The notes under the pieces are model-generated. The model ran no database searches, was not told the origin of the DNA, and was given only the letters and a program-made list of their open reading frames with translations. Shown here piece by piece: positions 19,165 through 28,200 of a DNA stretch of 64,000 nucleotides. The stretch covers positions 50,230 to 114,229 of the forward strand of contig DATJXE010000004.1 in assembly GCA_035500505.1 (NCBI GenBank). The letters are read 5' to 3'. Made by a program: the position numbers and the translations under genes. The stretch comes from Minisyncoccota bacterium (GTDB taxonomy: Bacteria; Patescibacteriota; Minisyncoccia; Phycocordibacterales; UBA2100). Numbering within the stretch: the stretch's first letter is position 1; each line of letters begins with the position of its first letter.

Positions 19165-21123
19165 CTAGGCCCCTAGTTCCTGAAGCTTTTCAAGGTACTT
19201 GAGCACGGTGTGCGCGTAGGTCGCGTGGGCCCAGGTCAGGGGACTTGCGCAGACCTCCTCGCCAGTTTGTGGATTGAGCTGCTCTGAAAGGACGCCGGAG
19301 CTTGCCGCGTGGCGGCTCACCCACGAAAAGATGTCGCGCGCGCGGTCGAGGTCGTGCGGATTCCTCGCGTTGGCGATGAGGTATTCGGCGTACCAAAGGG
19401 TCGTGATGATCCAGGGGTTGCCTGTCGAAGGCCCGGGAACACGGTAGTAATCGTCGTTCTCGAAGCGGGCGATGCCTCCCGTCTGGATGCCTTCGCTCAG
19501 GCGCCGCACCGTTTCGTCCCAGGCGCGCGAAAGGCGAACGTCGTCGGCCGGCAGAACGCCGAACGAAAAGACGCCATAGACGCTCGCAATGTTCACCGTG
19601 CGGTCGACCGATACCTCGCCTTCCTTGCGCAGTATCATGTCGAGAAAAAGTCCGGCGCCCTCGTCCCACAGGTGCGTGAGGATGGCATCGCGGACTTCAC
19701 GCGCGGCTTCCCTGTAACGGGCCTCGTTCTCGCTCTTGCCGAGTATTTTGGAGAGGTCGGCGGCCGCGACGAGCCCCCCGTAGACCGTGCATGAGGTGTA
19801 GGTCGACGTGCCGCGCTTGCGCTCCCAGAGATCGTAGGACGGCTGGGGCAATTTCGTTTCGGGATCGCGATAGTCCACAAGAAAGTTCGCCGCCTTCTCG
19901 ACGAGCGGGTTGTACATGTCTTCCAGAAATTCAAGATCGCGGCTCCGTTTGTAATGCTCGCGCATCGCCCACACGACGAGCGCGGTCTCATCTTCTTGGA
20001 TGGGCAATTGGAACTGTCCGTTCTGTATCCACGGATGCCAGGAAGAGCCGAGCGATTTGTCGGGCAGATACTTGTGCATGAAGTAGCCTTCGTCGGTGAT
20101 GGTGTCGCGGCAGAATTCAAAAAAACGCTTCGCGACGTTGGTGTCGCCCGCGTGGTCGAGCGCAGCCGCAGTGTACGCGCTGTCTCTTGGCCAAACATAG
20201 GAATACGTATCGAGGCCGTACTGGAGCATGTCGGAGTCGACGGAGGCGATGATGCCGCCGCCCTGGTCGACGTGCGCGCGCACGTACATGAGAGAGCGTT
20301 TGAAGAGCGCGATGTGTTCGGGCGAGAGGTTCTTGAAATCCCATTCGTATGCATTGACCCACGCCTTCCAGAAATCGCTCGCCGTTTGGATGAGATGTTC
20401 GGGGGTCTTTTTGAGGATGTACCGGCTCAATTCCTGCGCCTCGTGGATGGACTTCCCTGCCGCTATCCAGTAGTAGCAGGTCTTCGATTGTCCTGCCGCG
20501 TAGGCGCTGTAGAGCCCAATGACGGAGTCAGCGGGGCCGTGTTCTATCGGATTTTTGCTCAAAACGCCGTCCTCTGCGTCCTTGTGCGTTCCCTCCTTGC
20601 CCTGGAAATTATCGCGACCGGTCGCGTAGTCGTCGAACGGCGTCCCTTCCAGGGTTCCCCCCATGAGAAAGACGCGCTGCCCCTTGTAGTGGATGATTGA
20701 ATGCGTGATGGGGTCGAAATAGGCGGTGTCGGAGCCGTGGGATTTGTATATCTCGAACTGGTGGGCGAAATAGAGCTTCACATCCCGCGCGGCGCCCTGA
20801 TTCGTGACCTTGATGCGCCGCAGAAAAATGGGTTGCTCGTTGTAGACGATGTCGGTAAAGGACAATTCCACCTGCAAGCGCGGATGTCGCGCGACGATGG
20901 CGGAAGCGAGCGCCTCTTCTTCGCACGAAACAGTGACGTCCCACGCCGGATCGTCGGAAAGCCAGCTCAATTGCCCGTCGACCCAAATGCCGATGCGGTG
21001 GATGTAGTGCCCTCGCACGTGATCTTCGAGCCCAACATGCGGATAGTAGATGTCGCGCACGGACGCTTTGTTATCCAGCGCCACGCACAACCCGCCGTTG
21101 GAAAGAACAATGGAGCGTGACAT
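19165..21123 (-). CDS. glycoside hydrolase family 15 (glucoamylase/trehalase-like)
   Basis: 652 aa. An N-terminal beta-sandwich precedes an (alpha/alpha)6 catalytic domain with the WPRDSAYTAAAL motif typical of GH15. Confidence 0.75.
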   Translation of the reverse strand: MSRSIVLSNGGLCVALDNKASVRDIYYPHVGLEDHVRGHYIHRIGIWVDGQLSWLSDDPAWDVTVSCEEEALASAIVARHPRLQVELSFTDIVYNEQPIFLRRIKVTNQGAARDVKLYFAHQFEIYKSHGSDTAYFDPITHSIIHYKGQRVFLMGGTLEGTPFDDYATGRDNFQGKEGTHKDAEDGVLSKNPIEHGPADSVIGLYSAYAAGQSKTCYYWIAAGKSIHEAQELSRYILKKTPEHLIQTASDFWKAWVNAYEWDFKNLSPEHIALFKRSLMYVRAHVDQGGGIIASVDSDMLQYGLDTYSYVWPRDSAYTAAALDHAGDTNVAKRFFEFCRDTITDEGYFMHKYLPDKSLGSSWHPWIQNGQFQLPIQEDETALVVWAMREHYKRSRDLEFLEDMYNPLVEKAANFLVDYRDPETKLPQPSYDLWERKRGTSTYTSCTVYGGLVAAADLSKILGKSENEARYREAAREVRDAILTHLWDEGAGLFLDMILRKEGEVSVDRTVNIASVYGVFSFGVLPADDVRLSRAWDETVRRLSEGIQTGGIARFENDDYYRVPGPSTGNPWIITTLWYAEYLIANARNPHDLDRARDIFSWVSRHAASSGVLSEQLNPQTGEEVCASPLTWAHATYAHTVLKYLEKLQELGA

Positions 21124-21127
21124 ATGG

Positions 21128-22348
21128 TCAGCCGGCGCGCTTGTCGAGACGAAGTTTGAGGTCCTGCAGCGCGTTCATGTAGGCGATGTGCGCGTCGTAG
21201 GGCGATTCGTAAGGAGAGAAATACGCGTGAACATCGCCGTCGTTGAACCATTTCGTGCACATGTAGTAGAAGTGGTCGGAGGTCTGCAGGCGACGCCAGT
21301 CTTCGAGCAACTTCAGATCGTTGGCGAGCAGTATCTTTTCTTCGAGCTCATAGATCGCCTCGAGCGCGGCGCGCTGCATCGGGTTCCCCGTCCACGCCGT
21401 GAGGTCGCGGTCGGTGTCGGCCCATGTTACGGCGTGCGGCATGTCCACTTCGTCGCGCGCGTCGTAGGACGCGATGACTTCTGATGGTGTTTTGAAATCG
21501 ATACCGGGATTCTTGGCGAGTTCTTCGGGCAACTTTTCCAAAAAGTGGAAGATGCCGGTGTCTTCCCACTGGTGCTCGCCGAACGTTTCGTAATCCATGA
21601 AAAGATTCACGACGTCCCCTTCCGCGACCCCGAGCCACTGCGCGAATTTCTCCGCCGTGAGCGGCCACTCGCTCCACGAGCGCGACGAAAATCGGAATGC
21701 AACGTCGTCGGAGAGGCGGTAATTTTTCAAAAGCAGTCTGGCGTTCTGCGAGCCTTTTGGTTTGTACACGTAATTCGGACTCCTCCAACCGAGTATCGGG
21801 TCCCACCCTTCCGCGAGCACTCCTGCATAGCCGTTTTTGTCCGCCCACTCGCCAAGGTCGTTGCGATACGAAAGTTCGGTGTTACGAAAAACGCGCGGCC
21901 ACACGCCGAAGAGCCGGCGAATGGTCTCGCGGTGTTTTCCAACCTGGCGCTCGAATTCCGACGGCGAGTAGAAGAACGCGAGCGAGTGGTAGTAGGTCTC
22001 CCCCAAGATCTCTACCCTGCCTGTGTTGACGAGCTCCTTGAAAAGTCCGATGACCTCCGGCACATACTGCTCGAGTTGCTCCAGAGCGACCCCCGAGAAG
22101 GAGAACGAAACTCGCATTTCCGGGTGCCGTTTGAGAAGCTCTATCAGGAGCTTGGTCGCCGGAATATAGCTCTTTTGAGCCACTTTTTGGACGATGCGGC
22201 GATTGTTTAGGTTGCCTTCACCGCGATCGTTGAAGTATTCGGCGTCATTGCCAATATCAAATACGCGATAGTTCTTTACCCGATAGGGCTGGTGTATTTG
22301 GAAATAGAAACATACCGATTTCATACGGTTCTTTCGCTCATTGTACAC
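21128..22348 (-). CDS. glycoside hydrolase family 57 (alpha-amylase / alpha-glucanotransferase-like)
   Basis: GH57 region-I motif FYFQIHQPYR. ~400 aa. The start is 22348 or 22324. Confidence 0.75.
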   Translation of the reverse strand: MYNERKNRMKSVCFYFQIHQPYRVKNYRVFDIGNDAEYFNDRGEGNLNNRRIVQKVAQKSYIPATKLLIELLKRHPEMRVSFSFSGVALEQLEQYVPEVIGLFKELVNTGRVEILGETYYHSLAFFYSPSEFERQVGKHRETIRRLFGVWPRVFRNTELSYRNDLGEWADKNGYAGVLAEGWDPILGWRSPNYVYKPKGSQNARLLLKNYRLSDDVAFRFSSRSWSEWPLTAEKFAQWLGVAEGDVVNLFMDYETFGEHQWEDTGIFHFLEKLPEELAKNPGIDFKTPSEVIASYDARDEVDMPHAVTWADTDRDLTAWTGNPMQRAALEAIYELEEKILLANDLKLLEDWRRLQTSDHFYYMCTKWFNDGDVHAYFSPYESPYDAHIAYMNALQDLKLRLDKRAG

Positions 22349-23558
22349 CTGAAAGGAGCGTTTCTTGCAGCACGTTCTCCACTTTTCCGGCCGCGTCCTC
22401 CCAGGTGAGGTTCGCGACCTCGCGGCGGCCGTTCTCGGAGAGCGATTGTCGGAGTCCCTTGTGCCTGACGACGCCCAATATCTTGTTGGTCATCTCGTCG
22501 ACGTCCCAAAAATCGACTTTGAGCGCGTGCTTGACCGCCTCCGCCACACCCGACTGTTTTGAAACGAGCACGGGCGCGCCGGTCTTCATCGCTTCGAGCG
22601 CCGTGATGCCGAACGGTTCCGAGACGGAGGGCATGATGAAGAGATCCGCGGCGGCGTACACTTCGTGCCGGTCCGAGCCGGAGAGGAATCCCGTAAACAG
22701 CACGCGGTCGGAAATGCCGAGCTGCGCGGCGAGGTCCATCATTTGCCGTTCCATGTCGCCGGAACCGGACAAGAGGAAGACGACTTTCGGGTCGCGCATG
22801 AGGACCGACTTGGCGGCGCGCAAAAAATAATCCGGTCCCTTTTGGAGCGTGATGCGTCCGAGAAAGAGCACGATGGAGTAGCCGGATGCCTTGAGCGACG
22901 ACAGTCGCAAACGGCTCGCGGCACCGTGCGGCTGCGTCGCCTCGTCGATGCCGTTGTGAATGACTTTTATTTTCCAATCCGGAATGCCGTAGTGACGAGT
23001 GATGATGTCCTTGGTGTACTGCGAGACCGCGATGACGCGATCGGCCGCTTCCATCCCCTCTTTTTCTATGTCGTACACGTCTTTGTTGACGCCCAACGGG
23101 CCGCCACAGCGATCGAACTCGGTCGCGTGCACGTGCACGATGAGCGGTTTGCCGGAAACTCTCTTCGCTTCGACGCCCGCGCCGAACGAAAGCCAGTCGT
23201 GCGCGTAGATGACATCGAATTGCTCTTCTTTCGCTATCTGACCGCCGAGGAGCGCGTAGCGGCGCACCTCACTCAAGAGATCGCGGCCGTAGATACCGAT
23301 GTCGTGCAACGCACGCGCGTAGCCATTGCCCGTAACATAGGGCTTCAGGGTCGAGTTGACGACGCGAGTCTCAAGTTCCGTATCCGCAAACACGAAACGC
23401 GCCCAAGACGCGTTGACGTCGAGCTTCTTTGGCATCACGAAGATGATGTCGATGCCCCGCGCCGCCATAGCCCGCGTGAGTCCTTGGCAGGCGACCCCTA
23501 AACCCCCGCTATTGTGAGGCGGGAATTCCCATCCGAACATCAAGACGCGGGTTTTCAT
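22338..23558 (-). CDS. archaeal-type glycogen/alpha-glucan synthase (GT4/GT5 glycosyltransferase)
   Basis: N-terminus MKTRVLMFGWEFPPHNSGGLGVA (EFxP..GGL as in archaeal glycogen synthases). A C-terminal GT1_B/GT4 Rossmann domain is present. Confidence 0.7.
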   Translation of the reverse strand: MKTRVLMFGWEFPPHNSGGLGVACQGLTRAMAARGIDIIFVMPKKLDVNASWARFVFADTELETRVVNSTLKPYVTGNGYARALHDIGIYGRDLLSEVRRYALLGGQIAKEEQFDVIYAHDWLSFGAGVEAKRVSGKPLIVHVHATEFDRCGGPLGVNKDVYDIEKEGMEAADRVIAVSQYTKDIITRHYGIPDWKIKVIHNGIDEATQPHGAASRLRLSSLKASGYSIVLFLGRITLQKGPDYFLRAAKSVLMRDPKVVFLLSGSGDMERQMMDLAAQLGISDRVLFTGFLSGSDRHEVYAAADLFIMPSVSEPFGITALEAMKTGAPVLVSKQSGVAEAVKHALKVDFWDVDEMTNKILGVVRHKGLRQSLSENGRREVANLTWEDAAGKVENVLQETLLSGVQ

Positions 23559-23675
23559 CCGATAAAAGTGACCGTATTGTCAATAGTACCACGTTCTGTG
23601 GATAATTCTGTGGAGAAATGTGTGGAAAAGCCTTACTTTTCGCCCAAAAGGCGACATTCGTGCTACCCTCTAACG

Positions 23676-24437
23676 ATGGAATGCCCGAAAGTGGCCCTTT
23701 TTGACCTCGACAACACCCTGGCGGAGCCATTTCGACCCGTTTCGGATGCGATAGCGGAGGCCTTTGGGCGCCTGATAACGACTCTTCCCATCTCGATCAT
23801 GACGGCGGCAAGTCTGGAACGCATACAGGTGGAAGTCCTCTCCCGGCTTTCCGGCGACACCGACTTCTCTCGCCTGACCCTGTTCACCTCGAATGCGGGC
23901 CAATCGTTCGCGTTCGACGTCGACCACTGGCAGGAGCAATACCACTTTGAATTTACGGACGCGCAGCTCCAGCAAATACGTGCCGCGATAGAGGAAGCGA
24001 TTCGCGAGACCAACGCGCTTGCGAACACGAAGGTGTATGGCGAGCAGTTCATCGATTACCGAGGTTACTTCGCGTTCACCGCGCTCGGCATCGGCGCGCC
24101 TGTCGCGGAGCGCAGAGCTTGGGACCCGGATTTTTCGAGACGCCGAAAGCTTCAGGCAACCGTCGCGCGGAAACTTCCGGAATTCGACGTGTACATTGGC
24201 GGTTCCACTTCAATTGACGTGACCTTGAAAGGTATCAGCAAAGCGTACGGCATCGAATGGCTCTCGAAACGCCTGAATATGGCGCCTGCCGACATGCTCT
24301 ACGTCGGCGACGCGCTCTACGAAGGCGGGAACGATTTCGTGGTCATCAAAACCGGCGTCCGGACGAAAGCGACGAGCGGGCCGGAAGAGACCCTCGGTAT
24401 CATCAACCAACTCATCGCCGCGTGCGCGGTGAAATGA
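23676..24437 (+). CDS. HAD-superfamily subfamily IIB phosphatase (sugar-phosphate phosphatase-like)
   Basis: Start MECPKVALFDLDNTL (motif I DxD) and a C-terminal GDALYEGGNDF (motif IV). A Cof/PMM-like cap is present. Confidence 0.65.
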   Translation: MECPKVALFDLDNTLAEPFRPVSDAIAEAFGRLITTLPISIMTAASLERIQVEVLSRLSGDTDFSRLTLFTSNAGQSFAFDVDHWQEQYHFEFTDAQLQQIRAAIEEAIRETNALANTKVYGEQFIDYRGYFAFTALGIGAPVAERRAWDPDFSRRRKLQATVARKLPEFDVYIGGSTSIDVTLKGISKAYGIEWLSKRLNMAPADMLYVGDALYEGGNDFVVIKTGVRTKATSGPEETLGIINQLIAACAVK

Positions 24438-24492
24438 GAAGCGGCGACCATTCGGTCGCCGCTTCTTTCCCCTTTCGGTTACGTAAGACGGT

Positions 24493-25260
24493 TTATCGTC
24501 TGCGGGCCCAGTACCAGTATCCGCCGCCCAGGATGATCAGGACGAGGACGAGCCACCAGTACCACGCGACTCCGGCAAGTCCCGCCGCAGCGGCCTGATT
24601 CGATGCCGAGTTGTTGGTCGCCGCGACCTCCGGCGCGGCTACTGCCGCGGTCTGATCTGAAGTGAATACATTGTCGTTCGTGCTGCTCGAGCTGTTCACC
24701 GCAGCCGTGTTCGTGTTCGAAGATTGTGTCGTCGCGACCGTCGTTTTCTTCGTGGTCGAGGCGGTCGTCGGGGTCGTCGCCGGCTTCGGAGCCGTCACCG
24801 TTATCGAGAGCGAGCCCTGGGTCCCGGAAACTTCGTTCGTGTTGTTCTGATCGAGCAAGACGGACGCGTTGGTCGCCGAGACGGTCGCCGTGCCCGGCGC
24901 GACAGCCGTGAACGTGATGGTGCCGAGCGCCGTCGGCGCGGTGAAGCCGCCCGGATACCCGCCGGTCTTCACGAGCGCGCCGCCCGTGTTGTCGGTCGAG
25001 TTATACGAGCTCTGCGTCACCGGCATCCAGTTGGTCGCGAACGTGAAGTTCGTCACCTGAAGAACACCCGGCGTGAACGAAAGGTGCGCGCTCGCCGTGT
25101 AGATGGCCGAGCTCCCCGGGGTGGCGATGACCTGCACGGTCACTGTCTGGCCGGTCGTTACGGATGTCTGCGAGGACGTCAGCTGGAAGGACGCCGCGAG
25201 CGCGAGCGAGGGCAGCATCAGAGCCGCCGTCGCGAGAAGAGTCGTTGTTATTTTGTTCAT
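24493..25260 (-). CDS. secreted cohesin-domain protein with Ser/Thr-rich linker and C-terminal TM anchor
   Basis: A signal peptide is followed by a ~130-aa cohesin-like beta-sandwich (IATPGSSAIYTASAHLSFTPGVLQV). A TTPTTASTTKKTT linker and a C-terminal hydrophobic helix plus RRR follow. Confidence 0.55.
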   Translation of the reverse strand: MNKITTTLLATAALMLPSLALAASFQLTSSQTSVTTGQTVTVQVIATPGSSAIYTASAHLSFTPGVLQVTNFTFATNWMPVTQSSYNSTDNTGGALVKTGGYPGGFTAPTALGTITFTAVAPGTATVSATNASVLLDQNNTNEVSGTQGSLSITVTAPKPATTPTTASTTKKTTVATTQSSNTNTAAVNSSSSTNDNVFTSDQTAAVAAPEVAATNNSASNQAAAAGLAGVAWYWWLVLVLIILGGGYWYWARRR

Positions 25261-25261
25261 A

Positions 25262-28200
25262 CTAAGAGGTCCAGTGGACCATGAAGCTGTTAAAGTCGAT
25301 AAGGTCTACCGTGCCGTCGCTGTTGAAGTCGCCCGGGACGCTGAACCCTGTCTTCCCGAAGTTGGTCATCAGGAGGTTGAAGTCGAGGAGATCCACCTTG
25401 CCGTCCTTGTTGAGGTCGTACTGCGAATACGTGCTGATCGAACCGCCACCGCCTCCCCCGCCTGGGCTGCCACCTCCGCTCGAAGGTGCGGGAGCGCTTT
25501 CAGTGATGACGCTCACCTCTGCCCCAGCCGTCTCAGGCGAGCCGTGCGAGATGGGGCGGAAGTAGTACGTTGTGCCGGACGAGAGTCCGCTGATGGTTAC
25601 CGAGTGGCTCGTGACCATCGGCGAGTCGTCGGTCTCGACGGTCGTGTTGGGGTAGCCGTAGTTGTCGTCACCGCCCGCTTTCGCCTCGGTCGAGGAAGCG
25701 TCGGAAACCGAGCTCGTGCCCCACACGACGCGGCTCGAAGCCGGGTGCGAGGTTGTCCACGTGATGGTGACGCTGTCATCCGTCGGGCTCACGCCCTGCT
25801 CCGCCGAGAGCGCGAGGTCGGAGACGATGACGGTGCGGGTTGCTTGCGTTGCAATATTCCCTGCTGCGTCGGTCGCGTCGTACGTGATCGTGTACGTACC
25901 CGCCACTGCCGGGTCGGGAACCGTATCACCGCCGACAACTACCACGACTGACGAATCTACGTTGTCGGTCGCAGTTGTTCCCGGATCGACGAATGTTGAA
26001 CCGGTCGGGATGTGCATCGTAGCATCACCGTTAAGCGTGATAACAGGAGCTTCAAGGTCTTTAACGTTGACCGTGCGTGTTACTGGTGTCGCCACGTTGC
26101 CTGCTGCGTCGGTGGCGGTGTAGGTAACGGTGTAGCTGCCGAGCGTGCCTACGTCGACTGCGCTCGTGTCAGCATTGACCGCCACGCTGGTGTCGACGTT
26201 GTCGCTCGCTGTGGCACCGAGGTCAACGTACGGAGTGTTGATGTTGATGTCGGTCGGGTTCGCACCAGTGACCGTGATAACCGGTGCGGTTGTGTCGATG
26301 AGAAGTGTCGTATTCACCGTTGCCGTGTTCGTCAGAGGGTCGGTCGCCGTCACCACGACTGGAAGGTCGCCTTCAGGAAGTGCGTCAGGGATCGTCACAC
26401 TCCAGGAACCATCGCCCGCGACAGTGGCCGGGTAATCAGTGCCATTTACGTGGACATTTATTGTCGCATCGGCATCGGTCGTACCACTGATGGTCGGCGT
26501 GTTCGGTGTCGTCGGGGCGACCGTGAGGCTCGGCGCGTTGTGGTCGTACGTCACAGAGAACTGCGCCGCGGCGGTGTTCTCATTGTCGGCCGCATCGGTC
26601 GCGGCTCCTGCGGCGATATCAGCCGTTACATCAAGGGGGCCGTCATTGTCCGGAGTGATAGTGAAGGTGTAGTGGGAGCCGTCAACCGCAGTGAAGTCGC
26701 CCAGTGTGCCGTTCGCTACGACCACGTCCGAGGAATCAAACCCCGTAACGTCTTCTGAGAAGACGACGCTGACTGGGATCGGCGACGCGTTCGTCGGGCT
26801 TGATACTGTCGAAGACATCGCGACACTCGGGTCAGTCTTGTCGATGCTGAAGGACAGCGATTGTGTGCTGTTGTTCCCTACATCGTCGGTCGCCGATATG
26901 TCGAAGGAATGCGAGCCTTCAGAGAAACCTGAGACGTCTATCGGCGAGGATGGGCACGCTGCGGGTGTGCCGCCGTCGAAATCGCACTCGACATCGGACG
27001 CGCCGGTAACGTCGTAGACCACCTGCGCGCCCCCGACGGTCGCGGCGTTGAGCACATCACTCGGCTGTACGGAAGCAGTAATGACAGGCGCATCGGCGTC
27101 AACATCGAACGAGTTCGAAGTTACTGAAGTCGTGTTGTTGCCCTGGTCGGTAGCGCTGACGGTCACTGTGTGCGAACCAGTCGAAAGTGTGGGGGCGAAA
27201 GTCGTGCCACTCGTGCACGGGCCAGGTGTTTGGTCATCGACTGCGCAAGTGAGCGTCAATGGTGTCGCATCCGTGGCACTAAAGGTAATCGTCGGGTTCG
27301 CATTCGTCGGACCGTTTACTGGATCGATCGTTACCGACGGTGCAACGGTGTCCTGTACGGTGACCGTGCGGGTCGTTGTGGTCGCGTTGCCGCTCAAATC
27401 TTGAGCGTTGTACGTAACGGTGTAATCCCCTACCGCCCCGGTGTTGACGGACGTCGCAGAGTCGTTTGTTGCGACAAGTCCGGTGTCGTAGTTGTCAGTG
27501 ACGGTCGTCCCTGGATCGGTATACGTCGCACCAGCTTCGATGACGTACGGGTTGTCGCCGATGAGTGTGATCGAAGGTTCCTGGGTGTCGACCACGTGTA
27601 CGGTGCGTGTCACCTGAAGAGCCGCGTTGCTGCTTGAGTCGGAGACATCGTACGTGACTGTGTAGTCGCCTATGACTGCCGTGTTGACCGGATTGTTAGT
27701 GACGATCGAAGCCGTAAGGTCGCCGTCGTAGTTGTCCGAAGCCGTCGCACCAGCGTCGGTGTAGGTCGAACCAACCTCAAGCGTCACGTTAGCGTCGCCG
27801 AGGAGCGTGATGACAGGTTTTGTCGTATCAACGACGTGCACCGTTCGGCTAGTCGAAGTCGAGTTGAGCGCGGAGTCTTCAGAAGTGTATGTAACGACAT
27901 ACGTTCCCAAGTGTTCGCTGTCGACGGTGTCACCTCCAATGACAACCGAGGAGGTGAGGTCTCCATCAACTGCGTCTATGGACGAGTAGCCGGGCTCAAC
28001 GAACGGCGTGTGAACTTCGAGCGTGAGCGGGTTGTCGCCGGAGAGAGTGATGACCGGAGCTGTGTCCTGTACCGTCACCGTGAACGTGGTCGGGGTCGCG
28101 TTGTTGGCACTCGAGTCGGGACCGGCGTTGCAGGTCACTACTGTATCGCCGATCGAGAAGGGTGAGCCTGAAGTCGGAGTGCAGTTGGCGACGAGCGTGT

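Noticed and set aside
17610-19202. 530-aa plus-strand ORF
   Set aside because: It is antisense to the ROK kinase and cupin PGI genes. It has no motifs, and it also runs through the structured repeat.
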